Below are positions 7,588 through 9,987 of a stretch of DNA of 9,987 nt, piece after piece (the stretch's first letter is position 1; every line of letters starts with the position of its first letter). Position numbers and translations under genes: made by a program. The stretch is taken from the NCBI RefSeq assembly GCF_006345805.1, contig NW_021827743.1, positions 1-9,987 of the forward strand. Direction: 5' to 3'. The DNA comes from Octopus sinensis (lineage: Eukaryota). The notes below the pieces were generated by a model. That model saw only the letters and a list, made by a program, of their open reading frames with translations, had not been told where the DNA came from and searched no databases.

Positions 7588-8062
7588 TATATGTCTATGT
7601 GAGTGTATGTGTATACATATATATATATATACATATGTATATACAAAGTATATATATGTATATATATATATAATATATATATATATATATTTTATAAAAA
7701 TATTTATATATTATGTATACATATATATATATACATATATATATATATAACATATATACATATATATATGTATATATATACACAATATATACATATATAT
7801 TATATATATATTTTATATATATATATATATATATTTAGGCAAGTGTGTATCTGTATATTGCATCAATGTGCCAATATAACTATATATGTACATGCATACG
7901 AATGCACAATTATACATACATGCATATCTACATACATCCATATATATATATATCTATAAAAATATATACATATTTATGAATGTGTGTGTGCATGTATGTA
8001 TGTATGTATGTATGTATGTAAGCATGTATATACTTACATATATGAATATATAGACACACGTA
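7450..8062. repeat. Large degenerate TA/TG/CATA/TATG microsatellite and low-complexity field
   Basis: Directly visible. It is the source of the YIYI-type ORFs in the track. Confidence 0.95.
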
Positions 8063-8149
8063 CATTTTTGCATTACAATATTAATCATTATTCTTTTCAG
8101 AAACATGCTATGAATGTCTCGACTATGCAGTAGTCCGATATTTTCTAGT

Positions 8150-8290
8150 CACAATAATATTAGTAGTAATATTACTAATACTTCTACTATTAATAATTAT
8201 GATAATAATGACAACAACAACAACAACAACGTCGACGATGGCGACGCTGACGATGAGACGGCGGCGACGGCGGCAAAAGTAACAATAAGC
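8150..8290. repeat. Degenerate trinucleotide array (AAT/AGT to AAC to GAC to GGC)
   Basis: Directly visible 3-bp periodicity with shifting base composition. Confidence 0.8.
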
Positions 8291-8718
8291 ATTTGAGACA
8301 TTCCACAAATCAAAATAACAGTAAAAACGCCTGGTAGATATGAGATATTAATATTTTAATTTTTAAAGTGGATTTTTGTTTATGCGTGTTTTCTTCTTTC
8401 TGTTTATGATATTATTGAAAAAACTTCCTGGCTTGAGAATACATAACACGTTTTTTGTATCTCTCATTGAGTTCTTTATCTTTCTGTTTTGTGTTTTTAA
8501 AAATAATTTTCTTCCTAGCAAAATAAATAAATGAATGCCGCCATTTTTCTTTTTCTTTTTTTCTCTGCAACGACATATCTTCATTTAGATGTATAACTAA
8601 CACCTAATAATTATCTTGTTTTCTATGCGAATGTCGTAAGTAAAGACGTAGAGTCACATAGTTAAACGATGAATAATTGATTCTAACACGGGTGTATACG
8701 TGTGTATTTACGTGTAGT

Positions 8719-9094
8719 GGAGACGCAATGGCCCAGTGGTTAGGGCAGCGGACTCGCGGTCGTAGGATCGCGGTTTCGATTCCCAGACCGGGCGTTGTGA
8801 GTGTTTATTGAGCGAAAACACCTAAAGCTCCACGAGGCTCCGGCAGGGGATGGTGGTGATCCCTGCTGTACTCTTTCACCACAACTTTCTCTCACTCTTA
8901 CTTCCTTTTCTGTTTACCTGTATTTCAAAGGGCCGCCTTGTCACTCTCTGTGTCACGCTGAATATCCCGAGAACTACGTTAAGGGTACACGTGTCTGTGG
9001 AGTGCTCAGCCACTTACATGTTAATTCACTAGCAGGCTGTTCCGTTCATCGGATCAACCGGAACCCTCATCGTCGTAACCGACGGAGTGCTTCC
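8719..9094 (+). mobile_element. tRNA-derived SINE family D, apparently full length and well preserved (head tRNA-Arg-like)
   Basis: GGAGACGCAA, A box TGGCCCAGTGG (8729-8739), B box GGTTTCGATTCC (8772-8783), then a CpG-retaining body about 300 bp long ending cgtcgtaaccgacggagtgcttcc. There is no proper acceptor stem, so it is not a tRNA gene. Confidence 0.9.
8729..8783 (+). promoter_or_regulatory. Internal RNA polymerase III type-2 promoter (A and B boxes) of the SINE
   Basis: Near-consensus A and B boxes with tRNA-like spacing. Activity untested. Confidence 0.65.
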
Positions 9095-9100
9095 ATTTAC

Positions 9101-9145
9101 GTGTATGTGTATGAATGCGTATGTGTGTGTGTGTTGTGTGTGTGT
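9101..9145. repeat. Imperfect (GT)n microsatellite
   Basis: Directly visible. Confidence 0.9.
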
Positions 9146-9270
9146 GAAGAAATAATCAACTGTTGAAGGTAAAATTATGCAAAGCTTATCTTGCATGACT
9201 AATAGAAACACATGTAATAAATTCAAATTATTATTTGGTTTTGTCATTATTCTAATACTTAGAATAGACT

Positions 9271-9406
9271 TGCTCTGATATGCGCGAGCAACGGAACCGT
9301 TCTACACGCTCTCGTAAAGTGTCCAAGTATTTCTCACTCGTCGAATGATGTCGAACACCTGCTGGCCCGTGTAGGACAGACTCCGCTATCGGTTGATACC
9401 ATTGTT
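9271..9406 (+). mobile_element. Tx1/L1-clade ORF2 C-terminal zinc-finger (zf-RVT-like) fragment
   Basis: C..C-A-S-N-G-TVLHALVKCPSIS....VEHLLARVGQTPLSVDTIV is open from 9281 to 9406 and resembles CxxC...ETVxHALxxCP of Tx1 ORF2. The first Cys is frameshifted. Confidence 0.7.
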
Positions 9407-9439
9407 CTATATATATATATGTATGTATATATAACGGGA

Positions 9440-9501
9440 AGGTTTACGAAAATAAACAAAAGACGAAGGCAGGTTTACGAAAATAAACAAAAGAAGAAGG
9501 T
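9440..9501. repeat. 31-bp tandem duplication (2 units, 29/31 identical)
   Basis: aggtttacgaaaataaacaaaagacgaaggc / aggtttacgaaaataaacaaaagaagaaggt. Confidence 0.95.
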
Positions 9502-9561
9502 AGGTGGAGTACAAACAAACAAATGTATTAGTATGGTGCTCAGGAATAGAAATAGAAAAAG

Positions 9562-9599
9562 TCTTTTACGTTTCGAGCCTACGCTCTTCGACAGAAAGA
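9562..9599 (-). ncRNA. Minimal type I hammerhead ribozyme-like motif with a mutated core
   Basis: Minus strand reads UCUUU-CUGUCGA-A-GAGC-GUAG-GCUC-GAAAC-GUA-AAAGA. Helix I is 5 bp (UCUUU/AAAGA), helix II is 4 bp with a tetraloop, and a palindromic ACGU sits in place of helix III before a GUA triplet. It deviates from CUGANGA at A6 and has one extra A. Confidence 0.6.
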
Positions 9600-9653
9600 T
9601 ACACAGAAAAGAAACAAGGAGAGAAAAAAAATTGCGTGTAGAGGCTAACGATC

Positions 9654-9716
9654 CAGGCACACACAGTTATGTTCACGTAAGCAGGAAAATTAGAACTCAA
9701 AATGTATAAATACATA

Positions 9717-9719
<3 letters not shown>
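9654..9719 (+). repeat. About 66-bp direct repeat, copy 1
   Basis: caggcacacacagtt...gtaagcaggaaaattaga.ctcaaa.tgtataaatacatatct recurs at 9815-9879. Confidence 0.95.
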
Positions 9720-9798
<79 letters not shown>

Positions 9799-9814
9799 TG
9801 TATATATATATATA
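9718..9814. repeat. (CT)n-(TA)n compound microsatellite
   Basis: Directly visible. Confidence 0.97.
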
Positions 9815-9875
9815 CAGGCACACACAGTTGTGTTGATGTAAGCAGGAAAATTAGACCTCAAATGTATAAATACAT

Positions 9876-9879
<4 letters not shown>
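9815..9879 (+). repeat. About 65-bp direct repeat, copy 2
   Basis: Matches 9654-9719 with four substitutions and one indel. Confidence 0.95.

Positions 9880-9987
<108 letters not shown>

Larger units (their letters stand above)
9433..9650 (-). mobile_element. Short non-coding element carrying a hammerhead-like motif (probable PLE terminal-repeat derivative)
   Basis: Contains the motif at 9562-9599 and a 31-bp internal tandem duplication, and is bounded by (TA)n on the left. Boundaries are approximate and the PLE origin is inferred. Confidence 0.5.

Noticed and set aside
8363-8603. Two K-rich minus-strand ORFs
   Set aside because: They reflect T-rich low-complexity DNA, with no motif or splice context.
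8719-8795. tRNA gene
   Set aside because: It has A and B boxes but no paired acceptor stem or downstream T-run terminator, and it continues into a SINE body. The same applies to the heads at 1176, 1222, 1444 and 2412.
8801-9166. 121-aa ORF
   Set aside because: It lies within the SINE body and the (GT)n repeat.

Overview
AT-rich, gene-free eukaryotic repeat landscape. The SINE types, microsatellite density and LINE families strongly suggest an octopus (coleoid cephalopod) genome, inferred from recalled family resemblance and not from a search. I found no intact host gene, RNA gene or CRISPR array. The window holds: (1) six tRNA-derived SINE copies from about four families; (2) a one-ended Tc1/mariner transposase relic (2562-3186, minus); (3) a nested stack at about 4245-7225 made of a decayed Penelope-like element (PLE), a 5'-truncated R4/Dong-type LINE with an (AAT)n tail, and an inverted internal Tx1/L1-type ORF2 fragment sitting where the Dong endonuclease active site should be; (4) a Tx1 zinc-finger fragment; (5) a short element with a near-complete minimal hammerhead ribozyme fold (9562-9599, minus); (6) many microsatellites and small local duplications. 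The supplied ORFs are microsatellite artefacts, antisense frames or pieces of these dead elements. I see no convincing new protein-coding system. The best leads are the hammerhead motifs and the LINE-in-LINE replacement. All translations and alignments were done by eye, so boundaries are approximate.
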